A DNA stretch of 64,000 bases from NCBI GenBank assembly GCA_030265395.1, contig JARFYF010000029.1:23476959-23540958 (forward strand). The letters are read 5' to 3'. A program made the position numbers and the translations under genes. Within the stretch, counting starts at the first letter, position 1, and every line of letters starts with the position of its first letter. Origin of the DNA: Rhina ancylostomus (taxonomy: Eukaryota). Under the pieces are notes generated by a model. The model did not search any database. It saw nothing but the letters and a program-made list of their open reading frames with translations, and was not told where the DNA came from. This document shows positions 1-13,770 of this stretch, in pieces.

Positions 1-319
1 AGAGGAGGTGCAGCACTGCATCTGCTTAGCATATTACATTTACTGCCCACTACTTTCTACTCAAGCAGATGAACAATTAATAGCTGTTAAGAGCCTGTAG
101 AATATCGTTAGATCTGTTTTTTATCCACAATCATTAAAAAGCACTCAGAAGTGACATATGGCAGCTAGAAATGTGTTATTTTTATACCTAAAAATACAGT
201 CATTATAAACAATTTAAACAAAAGATTGAAGTTCTGCTCATCTTGAGTTCTGATGGCAAGTGCATATAGAATTGTCAGATAATTCACACAAAATATTTGA
301 AAAGTGACGTAGTTATACA

Positions 320-500
320 ATCAAAATTCAAGGGATGTTGGAAAGCAGAAGGGAAAAAAATGTTGGAAATATTCAGCAGGCCAGGTAGCACCTGTAGAAT
401 GAGAATCAGATGAAACGAGTTAATGCTTCAACCTGATTTATCATGAGAACAGGTGAACAGTGTTGTTGAAAGGTCATTGACCTGAAATGTTAACACTGTT
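320..500. mobile_element. Degenerate Penelope-type terminal repeat fragment, partly palindromic
   Basis: tgttggaaatattcagcaggccaggtagcacctgt...gaaaggtcattgacctgaaatgttaac resembles the copies at 11982, 24915 and 47257. Confidence 0.55.
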
Positions 501-699
501 TATATGAAGTGAAACTCCAGGATCCTTAAAGGTATCTCTGTGGGCCAGGCTGAAAACACAATTTGTTCTTAGCACATGGTGTCTTTTGAGCAAGGAGCCA
601 TAGACTGTAGACTTTGGCAAGTAAAGGTATGATTCTGCTTTCATTTNNNNNNNNNNNNNNNNNNNNNNNNNNNNNNNNNNNNNNNNTATTCCTGAAGTT

Positions 700-1220
700 T
701 TAAATTGCAGTAATATAGTGTAAACAAGGAGCCTCTTGTCTTCTAGGTAATGAGAAAGCCAGCAAACACTGGTTCATTAAAGTCAGGTGATTCAATGGTA
801 GTTGTACCTGGAAAAAGTTTATGGGTCTAGCTAAAGGCACAGTTTTTATTTAACATAGTATCCTCTGGGTGCAGCATCCATAACGTTTAGGGTGATGATA
901 ATGAATTGCATAGCAGATGATGAGTTGCAGCTACAGTGTGTGAATCATTGAGATCCACTGTGGCCATATCTGTCGTTAGCATCTGTAAATCAAGGAACTT
1001 AAGGTCGGAGTTGATCCAAGGTTCACTCACTGCAGTAGATCAAGAAAGGGGAAAGTAACTTGGACACTTTGTTCCAGGAGGCAATTACATTCCTCAGATG
1101 AAGTACTCTTGAAATGGGCAGTCAAGGTTGAATAGGAGGCTTTGAACATGTGTGAGGCAGGTGTGGGATCCAGAATGCAGCTCTGGAGGAACTTTGCTCC
1201 TTGCACATCCAACGTGTATG
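700..1220 (-). mobile_element. Old non-LTR retrotransposon RT-region fragment (CR1/L2 group)
   Basis: The minus-strand translation KFLQSCILDPTPASHMFKASYST...VQVT resembles the pre-RT 'L..C...L..PL..LF..S' segment; degraded. Confidence 0.4.
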
Positions 1221-1739
1221 ANNNNNNNNNNNNNNNNNNNNNNNNNNNNNNNNNNNNNNNNNNNNNNNNNNNNNNNNNNNNNNNNNNNNNNNNNNNNNNN
1301 NNNNNNNNNNNNNNNNNNNNNNNNNNNNNNNNNNNNNNNNNNNNNNNNNNNNNNNNNNNNNNNNNNNNNNNNNNNNNNNNNNNNNNNNNNNNNNNNNNNN
1401 NNNNNNNNNNNNNNNNNNNNNNNNNNNNNNNNNNNNNNNNNNNNNNNNNNNNNNNNNNNNNNNNNNNNNNNNNNNNNNNNNNNNNNNNNNNNNNNNNNNN
1501 NNNNNNNNNNNNNNNNNNNNNNNNNNNNNNNNNNNNNNNNNNNNNNNNNNNNNNNNNNNNNNNNNNNNNNNNNNNAAATAAGATCAGGGGATTGCATATG
1601 TCTCAAAAATTGGTGTGCTAGGAATTATTTCAATTCATGGGGCACTGGGAAAAGTAATGGGAAAAGAGGGAGCTGTTTTGTTGGAAAGTGTTTCACTTGA
1701 ATCAGACTGAGACAAATATTCTGGCAAATTGAGTAACTG

Positions 1740-4300
1740 GAGCTTGTAAGTAAGGCATTAAATCAAATGACTCAGGATTCTGGTGAGGTGCAAATTAGAA
1801 AGTTGAATAGAAAGGACAAAGTTCAATAGTAAAATTGGCAAAGCTCATGGAGCATGTCGTGAAGGGATAGTACATACATACGTAAGAGTATACCTCTAAT
1901 TAGAGTCACAGCAGGGGAAAATGGTACAAGAACAACATTGAAGACTCTTTATCTGATGGTACGTAGCATTAAATAGGTGAATTAATGTCACAAATATAAA
2001 TAAATGGGTATGATCCACAGAGAAATGATTCTAAAGTGATCAAGGTTGAGAGTTAAATATCCTGGGATACTTAATGTTTAGAAGAGACAGGCAAAGTGGA
2101 AGAAGAGATAGGGCAGCCTGAATATTAAAGAATGGGATAAAGAAACAGCAGGTGGCAGAAGTTGTCCATAGGCCCCAAAAGAGTAATGGTAATGGAGGGC
2201 ATAGGATAAATCAGGAAACTGAAGGTGCGTGTAGCAAGGGTAATATAATAATCATGGGGGACTTTAATCTACATGTACACTGGAAAACCAACTTAACTAT
2301 ATTTGATGTAATAGTGTGAAGGGTTAGTTCATGGCTTGTATACAAGATGCTTTTCTAATTTAGTATGTTGAGGAAACAATGAGAGAAGGGGTTATATTTG
2401 GATCTATTATTGTGAAATGTGAAAGGGACACTTTTAAAAACCTAGTAATTAAAGGGCATGTAGAGAAGAGTGATCATAATGTGATAGAACTTTATAAGAA
2501 TTGCATTTAGTTTCAATCTGAAACCAAAGTATTAAATCTAAACATAGCAAAATATAAAGGCATGAGGCTTGAGTTAACTAATGGTAGATTGTAAAATTAC
2601 CATTAAAAGGAATTATGGTAAACAAGTAATTGGTAACATTTCAAGAATTCCTACATCGTTTCCAAACAATAGATATTTAAGGCAAAAAAAAGATGTGGTC
2701 CATCTGTGACTGTCATGAAAAGTTAATGGTAATGCCAGATCAAAGGGCAAAGAATAAGGAAAATGGAAGTTGCCAAATTAAAATCAATGAACTGGAAGTT
2801 TGGGAAAATTTCAGAATAGAGCAATGGGGGACTAACCAACTAATTTATAGGGAAAGTAAGATACAAGAGTAGTCTGGTGAGAAACAAAAGCAGGCTGTAT
2901 AAACACCTACAGGTAGAAAGGAAAAGATTAGCAAATGTTCATGTGTGTCCTTACAGACTTAGACAGGAATAAGGATGTGGTAGAGAAATTAGACAAATAT
3001 TCTGTGTCTTTCTTCTCAGAAGACAGAATAAACCTCCTAGAAATAGTAGAAACTATGGGTCTAGACTGACATGGAGAAATCAGTGGGACTGAAAGGTGAT
3101 AAATCCACATGACCTGATGACATGCATCTTAGAGCTTTAAAAGAGATGGCTATGGAGATTTTGAATGCATTGATTGTATCTTCCAAAATTCCACAGATTC
3201 CAAAATGGTTCCACACATTGGAAGGGAACAAATATGAGAGAGAGAGAGAACAGTTGCCCAGCAGACTGTGCCGCTGCCATAGAACTCCAGCAACCTGAGT
3301 TTGATCCTGAGCTCAGCTGCTGTCTGTGTAGAGTTTGCACCTTCTCCCTGCGACTATGTGTGTTTTCCCCCAGGTGCTCCAGTTTCCTTCCACATCCCAA
3401 AGATGTGCTAGTAGGTTAATTGGCTACTGCAAGTTGTCCCTAGTGTAGGTAGGTAGCAAGAGAATTAGGAGGAGTTGATGGCATATGAGGTATTTAGTTG
3501 CAGGGAAGTAAGTGAGGGGAATGGGACTAGTGGGGATGCTCTGAGTGCTGCCTAAATGCCCTTTTTCTATGTTGTATGAAAATGCTGGAATCTATTATTA
3601 AGAAAGTGGCATCAAGGCACTTAGAACACAATAATTGTCTNNNNNNNNNNNNNNNNNNNNNNNNNNNNNNNNNNNNNNNNNNNNNNNNNNNNNNNNNNNN
3701 NNNNNNNNNNNNNNNNNNNNNNNNNNNNNNNNNNNNNNNNGTGGCATCAAGGCACTTAGAACACAATAATTGGCTTGGCAGAGTCAACATGGATTTGTGA
3801 AAGAAAAATAATTTTTCCTAGACCTATTTCTTGAAGTTATAACTGGCAGATTTGATAAGGGGAAACTAACTGATATGCTGTATTTAGGCTTTCAGGACTT
3901 CAATAAAGTGCCCACAAGAGATTAGTAAACAAAACTAGAGTGATAGTGTTTTGAATAATATACTGGATTGGTTGATAGAGTAGAAATAAACAGGTCCTTC
4001 TTGGGCTGGGAGGCTGTGAAATACGTGTGTGCTGTAAGGCCTGTTGCTGGTCATGATCTATGTGTCATATCACTGGATGAGGGGATTAAATGTTATCCAT
4101 TCAAGTCTGTTGATAATACAAAGCTAGATGGTCCTCAGGAGGATGCAGAGGGGATTCAGGGGCATATAGACAGGTTAAGTGAATGGGCAGAGACATGGCA
4201 GAAGGAATATAATGTGAAGAAATGTAAGGTCATCCACTTTGACAGAAAAAGAATTGGGGTGAAGTATTTTTTAAATGGTGAGATGTTAAAGGTGCGGCTT
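1740..4300 (+). mobile_element. Degraded CR1 LINE ORF2 (APE endonuclease plus RT)
   Basis: atcatgggggactttaat (IMGDFN, about 2251) and agtgatcataat (SDHN, about 2469); RT end KSVDNTKLDG...DRLSEWAETWQKEYNVKKCKVIHF. Confidence 0.85.
3265..3575 (+). mobile_element. tRNA-derived SINE (V-SINE/HE1-like) nested in the CR1
   Basis: B-box-like gagtttgatcct, then ctgtctgtgtagagtttgcaccttctccctg...gtgctccagtttccttccacatcccaaagatgtg...ggttaattggc, typical of the V-domain. Confidence 0.75.
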
Positions 4301-5399
4301 TTCTGAGGGAACTGTGGAATATTTCAAAGGAATTTCTAGGCAAAGAAGTTTCTTTGAGGCATTGTCTCACATTCCTCATATCACGTCATCAAGCTTAGGA
4401 GTTATACTAACACCAGTGATCCAGATAAGTGAGTATCCTTACAGTACTGCAATGAAGGTTTCACTGCAGCAAGGATATGGGCTAATTGCACATGGCACTA
4501 AAAGTTGTGACTCATTTTATTCAACCTTAGCAGAAAGTTCCAGGCTGCATCTTCTAAATTACACGGAAATGATGACTGCATATGGGAAGTGAAGGGCCTG
4601 TTGTGAGATGGAACTACTCATTACAGTGCCTTAACACTCTGTCACATTTGTGGCACAAAACACGTACAAAGGAGATGGAAGTCTGAGCTGACAAGGTCTG
4701 GATCAGGCTGTGTTGTCCCTGAACCAGATGGCAGTAACAGGTGGCACAGCTCTGCACTTGGCTCTGTGATGGTCTTGGACCCAGGGAGAACGTTTTCCAA
4801 TATTGTTGCCAGGTAACATGCTTGCATATATGATCAGCGGCAACTTCACAGGAATGGGCAATTAGAGCATTCAACCTTTCATCAGTTTAATTCTTGTTTT
4901 CAATTCACTAAATTATACCACACTTAATTAGGATTGTTTGTTAAGAAGAAACTGAATTGATCAGTAAAGTATTCACCTAAACTCTGCTTGCCATTAGATC
5001 AGCTGGAAGGCTTCACTTGTGAAAAGGAAGCTCTATATGCCTCAATCCTCATTCAAAGCGAGGTTTGTGGATCCCAGTCTGGAACTATAGACCTATGTAT
5101 ATCAATAGCACTTGCAAGTGGGAATGTGGTCTGCTGAATATTCCCCCATCTGAATTTTCTATTCAGATGTCATGCATTCTTAGAATAAAGAGATGCTTAA
5201 GGTTTGGCATAAAGGCTCATAGCAACCCAAGTGTCAACCAGAAGTAAAATGGTCAAAATAGCTTAAAAACTGCAGTGAACATTAATCTCCCATAGAAAGG
5301 TGCTTCTATTCAATATTAGCATCACCAAAATTATATTTCAGGTGCACAGTTATGAACAGAGGCTGCCAGTGGCAGTGTAGATGGTGACAGTGTATTAAT

Positions 5400-5930
5400 C
5401 AATAATTAACTTCTCACATTCCACTTCAATCTCATCCCACAATTTCTTCTGATTTATATCACAGAGATGGTGAACACATGTATCCTTTACCAATCTCTCC
5501 CCTCACCATGAATCTCCCTTTGCCTTNNNNNNNNNNNNNNNNNNNNNNNNNNNNNNNNNNNNNNNNNNNNNNNNNNNNNNNNNNNNNNNNNNNNNNNNNN
5601 NNNNNNNNNNNNNNNTATTTGCATCTGCCAGTTTAGATAAAGATACTTCAGAGAACAGTTTAGATGCAAGATCTACATTTGGTTAGCCTCTGGGCATAAG
5701 TAGCCTGCAGCCACAGCAAGAGCAAAGAGAAGACCAGGTGACAGCTTCCCAGGGAGAAATTGCACAAAGCACAAGTTCTTTGGAATTTTATATTTCTGAT
5801 TCTTATAAACTGTGATGTGCATGTCTTCCATAAACTGGAAAAGGCCATCAACTTAAAACACCATCTCTAGTTTTTCTCTTCCCTCAGATGCCACTTGACC
5901 TGTTGAGCATTTCCAGCAATTTAATATTTT
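5400..5930 (+). mobile_element. Penelope-like fragments (EN C-terminus and terminal repeat)
   Basis: ccacttcaat (HFN-like); cagatgccacttgacctgttgagcatttccagc terminal-repeat motif at about 5885-5920. Confidence 0.4.
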
Positions 5931-6374
5931 GTTATGTTATTTAATATAACTCCCTCCAATGGATTATATTGATACTGCAAGTTGCAAAACATGTATGTTG
6001 ACATTTCAAGCAGGCAGACACTCTAGCCAGCCAGGAGGAAAAAAAATTAACTTATTGATGGTTCAGTTATACTAGTGCCTTTGAATCATTCCTCAGCTGT
6101 TGGGATGTAGGGGCAGAGGTGAAGGGATAAGTTACGCTTTTTATTAGCATTGCATTTATGCAATGGCAGTTTGAGAAGGTGCCACCGTTCAGCATAACTG
6201 CAGCTGCTAGAAAGGAAATATGGGAAAGCTTAATGTCTTGCTGTCTGCAGTTAGTGAACCATTAAAATATAAATATCTGCCTGTATCTGAGACCAACTTC
6301 TCTGGGTGTCCAGAATGGCGAAGTGCCATGGTGGAGAATGGGGATGGTGGGGCTGGGGTTGGGGTTGTTTCATT

Positions 6375-6900
6375 TTAGTGAGTGCCTTCCCTAAAGATCT
6401 GCTTCCAGATGTGAAGGGATGAGTGAGCTTGGGCAGCCAGAGGTGACAGCATCATTGGCAGATGTCCAACAATCATCTGTATGCCTGCAGAGAAATCTGA
6501 AAGGGAAGCCCTTGCAGGTAAAAAGTATTCCTGACTGCTCTGGAGATGGTCATGTGCATGGTCACTCAGTCTCTGCCTGCAGATCATATTTAGTAGGTCT
6601 TCTGTGAGATTCACCTTGAGTCCAGTACTGTCTCTTATGCTGCCCTATCTCCTAGCATCCTGGTCTCTCCCTCTGCTTGCCCCATCCCACTGCTGGTCCC
6701 CTCTCTCTGCTTCTCCTATCCATCCACGGTTTACCATCTTCTGCTGGTGCCCTCTCTCTGCTGTTACAGCCCTGCTGATACTCTCTCTGGAGTGAAGCAA
6801 CAGCTGGCGTCTGCTGGTGTAGACGCTGACCCAGTTGCTTCCCATCTGCAGTCCAGTCTGAGGAAGCACTGGCAGCAGGCGTTCTGCTATGATAGAGGAA
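6375..6900 (-). mobile_element. Possible highly decayed Harbinger-like element 5' region
   Basis: GC-richer block with degenerate ctgctggt/cctctctctg repeats (Q/R-rich on the minus strand); only a faint resemblance to the clearer copy at 18569. Confidence 0.25.
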
Positions 6901-7359
6901 CCTTCTAAAGAGTGGCATAAAACCTCTCTCAAAAAAAATAAAACTTTCACATCAGCAGTGAAATAATCATCAAACACTTACTGGCAATTATTTATTTCTG
7001 AGATTGGTTTAGTTATCTCAATTATTGCTGCAGTTGCCTTATTTTTGCTGCTGGGTTTCAGGAATCCTAGTAAACTTATGGACCCACAATAATGTCATAG
7101 ATGTGTGTTGAAATCTCACACTAAATGAGCGATGTATTGGTAACTGGCAACTTCTCACACACAGCCTAACATGCCTGACTGATAGAAAGTGGTGAGGTGG
7201 AAACAGTTTCTTGATACACTATCATATTTTTAGTCTCCTCCTCTGAACTGCCACCACTTTCCCTAAATTCACACACTTCTGAGGCTTAAAATTAAACGCA
7301 TTGACACATCCTAAAGTCATGAAATGAACTGTGTAAATTCATGTTCTAGCGCTAACAAC

Positions 7360-7447
7360 CTTGCTTCTCTCTTGCTGTGATTTGAATGTTAGCAGCAGGG
7401 ATAGAAAGCCAGAAATTCAAAAAGCAGATGAGCATCCACCAAAGCCA
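7360..7447 (-). pseudogene. Candidate exon (88 nt), frame uncertain
   Basis: Long pyrimidine tract ...ttttattccatgtactcag|; weak donor AAG|gttgtt. Confidence 0.3.
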
Positions 7448-7971
7448 CTGAGTACATGGAATAAAATGTAACAAGAGAAATAAAAACACACAATTTTTTT
7501 CTCCCAAATCAGAAATATATTTTCTGGATCTGAGCGGTCTACTCAAACAGACTGGATACTTAATTTTAACAGCTCCAGTTTAATCATTGGGCAGAGCATG
7601 CTCAAATATTGAAAGTTAATGAGGGGTCTTGAGCACATTTTGCTTACTTAAATGGGCTTGTAAGAGTGAGGTTTCTTTTTGTTCCAATACCAACCCCTTA
7701 AATCAAATAGGGCCACCAGCATCATTTACCCCAAGATTTCTGATTGGCAAGGTGAATTCAAAGGGTAAGCCAAGGAAAATTATGATTTGGCAAGGAATTA
7801 AATTTAAATAATTATTCCAGTTTGAATAAAGTGTGTAATGATAGCAAAGCATAAGATTTGGCCCTAAATTGGCCATTGAAAAATCACATATCTTGCCAAT
7901 CTATTATGTAAAGTTGGCATTGCACAATTTATGTAAGCAGCCTACAGAAAATATCAAAGCTGCCTCTGGAC

Positions 7972-8157
7972 CTATGGAAAATCAGAGCTTTTGAGCCTAG
8001 TGGAGAATTCCTTTTCTTTGAGGACTACTCTTGATGTGTCACAGCCACATCAAGAATACTTCATTAAGCCATTCTTTAAATTTGGACTAACAGCTTTAAT
8101 TGCTGTTGGATTATTCTTAAGAAGTTGTGTGACAATCTCAATAGTTCAGACTTTAGC
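7972..8157 (-). pseudogene. Candidate exon (186 nt, phase 0)
   Basis: ctacttactagtttgcag|; AKV*TIEIVTQLLKNNPTAIKAVSPNLKNGLMKYS*CGCDTSRVVLKEKEFSTRLKSSDFP*|gtccag. Confidence 0.45.
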
Positions 8158-9933
8158 CTGCAAACTAGTAAGTAGAAGTATCGATACACCAGTCAAAATT
8201 AAGAAGCAAACAGGGTTGTGGAGTTAATAGAGTTTTATATATCTGTAAAGGGTGATTTGCTAAGACAGAATTTGTGTCATTGTCAATTAAGATCTAATGA
8301 CTTTTCAAAGTAGATAGCAGTAGAGAACATTTAAACAATTAACAAATCAGCATGCCCTTTCCTGTTGCTGCTAAATGTTCAATTTTCAATTAGCATACTG
8401 CCCTTCTCCATAGTTGATGTACTAAGGTTAATACACCAAGACTTCATTAACTTGCATTACTGTAGCCAATTTACACTTAACAGTCATTAATACAGCATAA
8501 CTAAAGAGTAAACTAAAATACTGCATTGCACATCAAAATCTATTTCTCTTAGTTATGATTTTAAAAAGCCTATTGGTGGGGGAATTTAACATGTGAATGT
8601 CATCTTATACCTGCAATACTGTTAATTGGAAATCCAAAATTCTGACCCTCAGGAGCAATTCTAATAAATAAATTTATCTCTGTTGGGTAGGGATGAGTAG
8701 ATCATTAAAAATTGCTGGAAACTTGCTGGCCACTGGCCCATTCTGTTCCAATGGGCCAGGTTATGCTCAATCCATCCCCCTCCCTGATCCTGTGTTTCCC
8801 CAATCACTCTTCTCCTGTGGCCAGATGTACCACTTGTGTCCCTGAGGTTCTAATCAATCTCAAGGACTCCATGCTTGTGGTCATTTGTTGAAGTAAGTGA
8901 TGACCAGGCATCAGGGAGAGGATCCTGACCCCCATACTGCCCTGACAGGTCACTGCTTTTTAACTCTGAAACATATCTCATAATTAAAGACACTTATTTA
9001 AATAGTACTGCTTTTTTAAAAAAAAACTACTTAAGGTAGCTCAAATTACTAGAAATTAATTAAAACATAAAGGAAGGTTAAACAAAAGCACTTAATGGTT
9101 CTTAACATTTTGATCAAGATTGGGGAATCTTTCAAAAGAATGGAGTCATTCTTGTTATGCTAGCCATCTTTGTTACGTCTGGACCCTTTGGTGCTGGAGT
9201 GAGTCCAGTGGTGCAGTGGGAGTATTTGATTGCCAGTCCCTCTCTGACATCTGTTTCAAACGAGGCACAGAAGTTAGAGACCCGCTGATTCAGGAGGTTG
9301 ACATCACTGGAGGTTCCACAGGGACCAACTGGCCAGGGATGAGGTATGTGTGTTTTGACCCTTTGTTTTTAAACGTCCTAAATAGACAAGGTTTTACAAC
9401 AAAAGTTTTCTTCAGAAGAATCAAATGTTTAGTTTCCTGCTGTGCGCCACCCTGCTTCCCAAACATGAGAATCCACTCTCAGCTAGTGATAGTTCTGGCC
9501 AGTCAGTTCCTACCCACCGACTGGCTGGTGCTTCCAGTCTGTTTCAGCTGGGCAACTGCTCAGGGCTGCAAATAAGCCCTCCGAGGTAAACTCACCCAGG
9601 CATCACTCTGCTCAGTTCCAGTGCACTGGCCTCAATCCTCTGGCTTCTGCTCCAAGTTAAAATCTGGTGTGGTGTTTGCTTTAATGTTAAGTAATATGAG
9701 ATAGCAAGAGCCCAATGACCTGAGAGATGATGGAACTTCACAATAATTTAATAATACCCTTAATCCCCCTGGTTGCTTACTATGCTTTCATAAACATGGT
9801 AACTCTTGCCATTTGCAAAGGCCAAGGCATTATCTCCAAAAGCTAGGGGGTGAAGTAGATGTATTTTGTCAGCCTCGATATCAGTAACACTGACATATCA
9901 TTACAGTGCTCCAGTACTTCCCCATAGTGTTAC

Positions 9934-10219
9934 CTTGCCAAAGCCCACACCCTCCATTCATCCCATGGTAGTTAAATTCTCATTCAGAGAACTGAAAGAC
10001 TCAGGAAACTTTGAAATTCTCAGTTTGCACAACTAGTATCAAACAGTGAATCTCATCATCCCTCTGGGATGTGGTAGTATTCAGTGTTCATAATTTATCT
10101 TGTGTTTAGTAAAGCACATTTCACTCCTGCAAGATGCCAATGAACCAGATCACCAGGCGGACTGTGGAAAGTCTCTCATTACGACAGACTAGCAAGCAAG
10201 TGGATGACCATGCACAATG
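9934..10219 (-). pseudogene. Candidate exon, degraded and frameshifted
   Basis: gattttatag|...AAG|gtaaca; starts (S)IVHGHPLAC*SVVMRDFPQSAW* and can end FNYHGMNGGVGFGK in phase 0. Confidence 0.4.
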
Positions 10220-10695
10220 CTATAAAATCTTGTTAATGGATTTATCAATAAATTATCTTTTGATGAAATAATGACTACAGTTTTGGGAGGGACAAGCAAA
10301 ATCTTGCAGAATTCTGGTGCTTTGCTTATCCCAGAATATATCAAAGAAACAAAACCACCTGTTTCATTTTCTCCAGGTGTCCTAACCAGCCTTCCTTAAA
10401 GGATCACTGAACACTGCCACAAAATCAATATGTTTCTTAACTCAGGCTGAGATGTTCCATCACATGTTGTGAATTCAGAAAACATTGCAATATCTGCATT
10501 CATGTTTGTCAACCATTATTAAAAATCAGGAATGTACATGTCAATAAAAGCTTGCTGATACTGCAAAATAGAAGTGTATCACATTAATAAAAATGACATC
10601 AGGGAAAACTATTGAGGATTTAATGATGTCTGTATTCTTGGAGTCTTGCTGAAAGGTGCTTCTGTGTGAGTGGAGTCATGGGTGAACTCACGTAC

Positions 10696-10892
10696 CTGTG
10701 TATTCCTAGCAATTTGACCTTTCGTTTATACACAGTGTATTGTGGTAAAGTGTTATCAAGGTTTCCTGGGAGCAGCACAATTCTGACAAATTTACACTGA
10801 CAATCGTATTGACACTGCAAACTGATTTGCTGATCTCCGGAGGTAGAGCTGCTGTTTTTAACCAGATCATTGGTGAAGATGTATATTGTGGT
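10696..10892 (-). pseudogene. Candidate exon (197 nt, fully open, phase 0 to 2)
   Basis: acctgtttag|...CAC AG|gtacgt; TTIYIFTNDLVKNSSSTSGDQQISLQCQYDCQCKFVRIVLLPGNLDNTLPQYTVYKRKVKLLGIH. Confidence 0.7.
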
Positions 10893-11634
10893 CTAAACAG
10901 GTCTAACCTCATTATTGGGAATTTTCAAATGGCTATAATTTGTTTTGAGATTTAGACTAATACAGATTTCTTCTTCAGTGATCAATGCTTTGAGCTGCAA
11001 TTATCCTTATTGGTACGAATACTTAAATTCTCAATTTATTAAAGCTTACAGAGGGCAATATAGAGATAACAGAAACTCCATTTGGTAATTCATGCAAATC
11101 AGTAAGAAACCACTATTAGTCATATTAATGTATTTATTAAAGTCCTGCTTGCCTTCAGGTTCTGGGATTTTTTTATTTTAAAACTTTACATTTTATGAAC
11201 TATTAACTTAGAATTCTGCTCTGATCAGCAGCAGTTCAAAAAACAAATGAGTGTAAAGAAATCCTTTTTCAGCAGAAATACATGCAATCCCTTGTTGATC
11301 AATCTCCCAGTAAATTTCTCATTTTAATGTGGCTACCAGATGTTGTTGACATCTGATATTGCCTCCTGTTCCTGAGCTCCAATCTACAAAGGTAGATCTG
11401 ACCATTTAAAAAAAAATTAACCTCTGTTAAGGATAGAATTTTGTAAGCTATAATAACCATTTAATAGAATTTAATCTGAATATTGTGAGGTGCATAAGGA
11501 AAAAAACAAAAATCAGCAAGTTTCTATGCTAAAACCTCTAAGTTACTTTTACAATTTGAAATGATATTGAACATTCCAAGATAAAAGGAATGTGAGGTCA
11601 ACTTATGGAAGTGACAATAACACTACACCTGTGA

Positions 11635-13770
11635 AAACATAAGGAAAAGAACTAAGACTCGGTCATTTACCTCCTTGTGCCTGCTCTGTCATTCAAATGA
11701 TCATGTCTGATCTTTTATCTCATTGCCATTTCTGTACTAACCTTACATGTCACAATTCCCTTAATATCTAAGAATCTATTGATATCTGTTCTGTATGTTT
11801 AATTCAGCATCGGAGTCTCTGCAGCCCAGAGATTCACCAATCTCTGGGTGAACAAATTTCTTCTTTTCACTGCATTGAATGATTGACCACTCATATTGAG
11901 ACTGTAACCCCTGGTCCAGAAGTTTCAACCAGTGGAAATATCAACTCCACATCCACCCTGTCAAACCCCATAAGAATTTTAGAGACACAAGAAACTGCAG
12001 ATGCTAGAATCTGCAGCAACACAAAGTCTGCTGGAGGAACTCAGCTGGTCAGGCAACACCTGTGGGAGGGAAGGAATCGTCGACATTTCAGGTTGAAACC
12101 CTGCATCAGTCCTTATGAGGGTTTCAACCCAAAACACTGACAATTCCTTTCCTCCCACAGATGCTGCTCAACTAGCTGAGTTCCTCCAGCAGATCATTTT
12201 ATGCCCCATAAGAATTTTATACGTGTTAATGAAATCACCTCTCGTTCTTCCAAACTCAAGAGAGGGCAACCTAAGTCTGCTTAATTACTCCTCATAGGAT
12301 AAACCTGCCATTCCAAGTATGAACATGGTGGACCTTTTCTCTTCTCTCTCTATTGCAACTACATCCTTTTTTTAGGTAGGGAGTGCAGACCTGAATACAA
12401 TACTTCCAGATGAAGACTCACCAGGATCTGATGTAATTGGAGCAAGATGTCTCTACTCTTGTATTCAAATCTTTTTGCAATAAAGACAAACATAACATTT
12501 ACTATTCAATTGCTTGTTGAACCTGCTTTTTAACTTTTAAATGATCCATGTACAAGGACACCCAGGTCACTCTGAATGTCAACACCTTTTCATCTCTCAT
12601 TATTTAAAAAATACTCAACCTTCTTTTCTGTCAAAATCGATGTCTCACTCATCNNNNNNNNNNCTATCCACCCCAAAGCCTCACTGCATTCTAATCACAA
12701 ATCACCCTGCCACCTAGCCTTGTATCATCAGCAAAATTGGATATATGACACTTGGACCCATCAACTCAAATCATTGATGTAGATTGGGAACAGCTAATTC
12801 CAGCACCAATCACACAGCATCTCACTGCTCACATCCTAAGACATGAAAATGACCTGTTTATTGCTACTTTCTGGTTTGTATCCATTAATCAATCCATACT
12901 CGTATTTTACCCCAATACTGAAAGCTCTAATTTTGTTTAATATTCTTTCCTGCAATTTTCCTGCTGAAGAACTTTCTGAATGTATAAATGCACATTAACT
13001 GGTTCCCCTGATGTATTCTGCNNNNNNNNNNNNNNNNNNNNNNNNNNNNNNNNNNNNNNNNNNNNNNNNNNNNNNNNNNNNNNNNNNNNNNNNNNNNNNN
13101 NNNNNNNNNNNNNNNNNNNNNTGTAGTCTGCCAGATACAACCTCGCAAAATTCTAAAAGATTTATCAAATATGATTTCCTCTTCATAGATCTGTGTTGAC
13201 TTTACTCAATCACATTATTATTTTCCAAGTATTCTGTTAATCCCTGCATTATGGGAGGGGGTCGCTTTCCTAGAAAGTGGTCCGTATCACAATTTTCTGT
13301 AACATGAAGCCACATCATCTGCCCGTGCATTCAGAAATACAAGTTGTAAATTTGTAAACACAAGTTGAAAAAGTAAGCTTAATGTTCATTCATTGACTTT
13401 TTTTCATATGAATTCTGTAAGAGTGGATTTTATTCCTTATCTCAAACTATTGGGTAGTGATTTGCAAATTCTGGAAGGGAGAATTTCCTTAACCCAAAAG
13501 CTGTATTACCTTTTTAATATCAGACTCCAGCACTTTCCTCACTGCTGATGTTAGGCTCATTGATCTATTCTTCCTTGTTTTCTTGCTCCCTCCCTTCTTA
13601 AGTAGTGGAGTGATACTTGCTACCTTTCAATTTTGGGACCTGAACTAGTATCTATGGAATTTGAAGATGTCAGCCAGTGTATCCATTATGTCCACAGTCA
13701 AATTCCAAGGATGCCAGTCCTCAGACCCTGTGGATTTATCACCTTTCGGTCCTATTAATTTCTCCAATAC
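11635..13770 (-). mobile_element. Degraded CR1 LINE 3' part (RT and 3' end)
   Basis: Minus-strand KRKSYLINLLEFCEV (consensus GRSCLTNLLEFFE) and CIYTFRKFF (YLDF.KAF); typical CR1 3' sequence near 11640-11960. Confidence 0.8.
11982..12203. mobile_element. Palindromic Penelope-terminus insertion with a 16-bp TSD
   Basis: TSD ccccataagaatttta at 11966-11981 and 12204-12219; arms tctgctggaggaactcagc...gttgaaaccct and agggtttcaac...gctgagttcctccagcaga are reverse complements. Confidence 0.85.

Noticed and set aside
3607-3771. Direct repeat gtggcatcaaggcacttagaacacaataattg on both sides of a gap, resembling a long TSD
   Set aside because: It flanks an exactly 100-N gap, typical of an unmerged contig overlap.
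9120-9575. 151-aa plus-strand ORF, and similar ORFs at 29172-29594, 39104-39541 and 56611-57075
   Set aside because: No recognisable domain or splice context; they overlap repeat-like or antisense sequence, and such lengths are expected by chance.
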